A stretch of 51,959 bases of DNA, filler included, from Sphacelaria rigidula (lineage: Eukaryota), in NCBI GenBank assembly GCA_964200075.2. It is 2 parts of 2 records of this genome, joined end to end, with 100 filler letters (N's around TTAATTAATTAA, not from the genome) between each part and the next. Parts side by side here need not be neighbours in the genome. Positions count along the whole stretch, not along the records: positions 26,037 to 51,959 come from CAXNAA020000154.1; 1 more part is not named here. The stretch is one strand, 5' to 3'. The translations under genes were made by a program, and so were the position numbers. The notes beneath the pieces are model-generated. The model was not told the DNA's origin. It did not search any database and saw nothing but the letters and a program-made list of their open reading frames with translations. How positions within the stretch are numbered: position 1 is the first letter of the stretch; each line of letters starts with the position of its first letter. Below, one piece after another: positions 51,763-51,959 of this stretch.

Positions 51763-51959
51763 CGAGCTGGGCCAGCTTAAAAGCTGCTAAAAGTTGCTCA
51801 CACCACAGCTTCCCCAGTTTCCCGAATGAGCCTGATGTAAGCATATCATTGTGAACTGCTGACCCGCCTGATGACAAACGACTGCGTCGCTGTTCGAGTG
51901 GCATCGTATTGCTGATGACGTTTTTGACTTGCATCGAGTACAGGGTGGGTCTGATATCG
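51763..51959 (-). mobile_element. Right end of the 24457-25071 MITE family, inverted, running off the window
   Basis: TA-CGAGCTGGGCCAGCTTAAAAGC... is the reverse complement of ~24875-25071. Confidence 0.8.

Overview
This is eukaryotic, intron-rich DNA, most likely from a brown alga (Phaeophyceae); that assignment is inferred from gene structure and repeat content. The window is two pieces of 25,936 and 25,923 bp joined by an artificial 100-bp N44-TTAATTAATTAA-N44 linker (25937-26036), so the halves may not be neighbours in the genome. The left half holds one 12-exon cytochrome P450 gene (+, 2496-20299, 5' end not found) that the ORF track largely misses; its introns carry two decayed antisense Copia retrotransposons, a degenerate ~180-bp repeat array and a long foldback. 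The right half holds a 2-exon A/B-type cyclin (-, 29233-32894) and a 10-exon type II PI4K-gamma-like kinase with a ubiquitin-like domain (-, 39736-48323, 5' end not found). Intergenic DNA is rich in non-autonomous elements: tRNA-derived SINEs, nested TA-target (Tc1/mariner-type) MITEs, and a chain of ~100-bp TTAA-target (piggyBac-type) MITEs, one of which has a matching empty site in a paralogous SINE. I found no convincing new enzymatic or defence system. The best leads are the MITE chain, a 43-bp periodic motif array, a 93-bp near-perfect palindrome and an unidentified decayed coding region. All exon models were built by eye and need RNA-seq confirmation.
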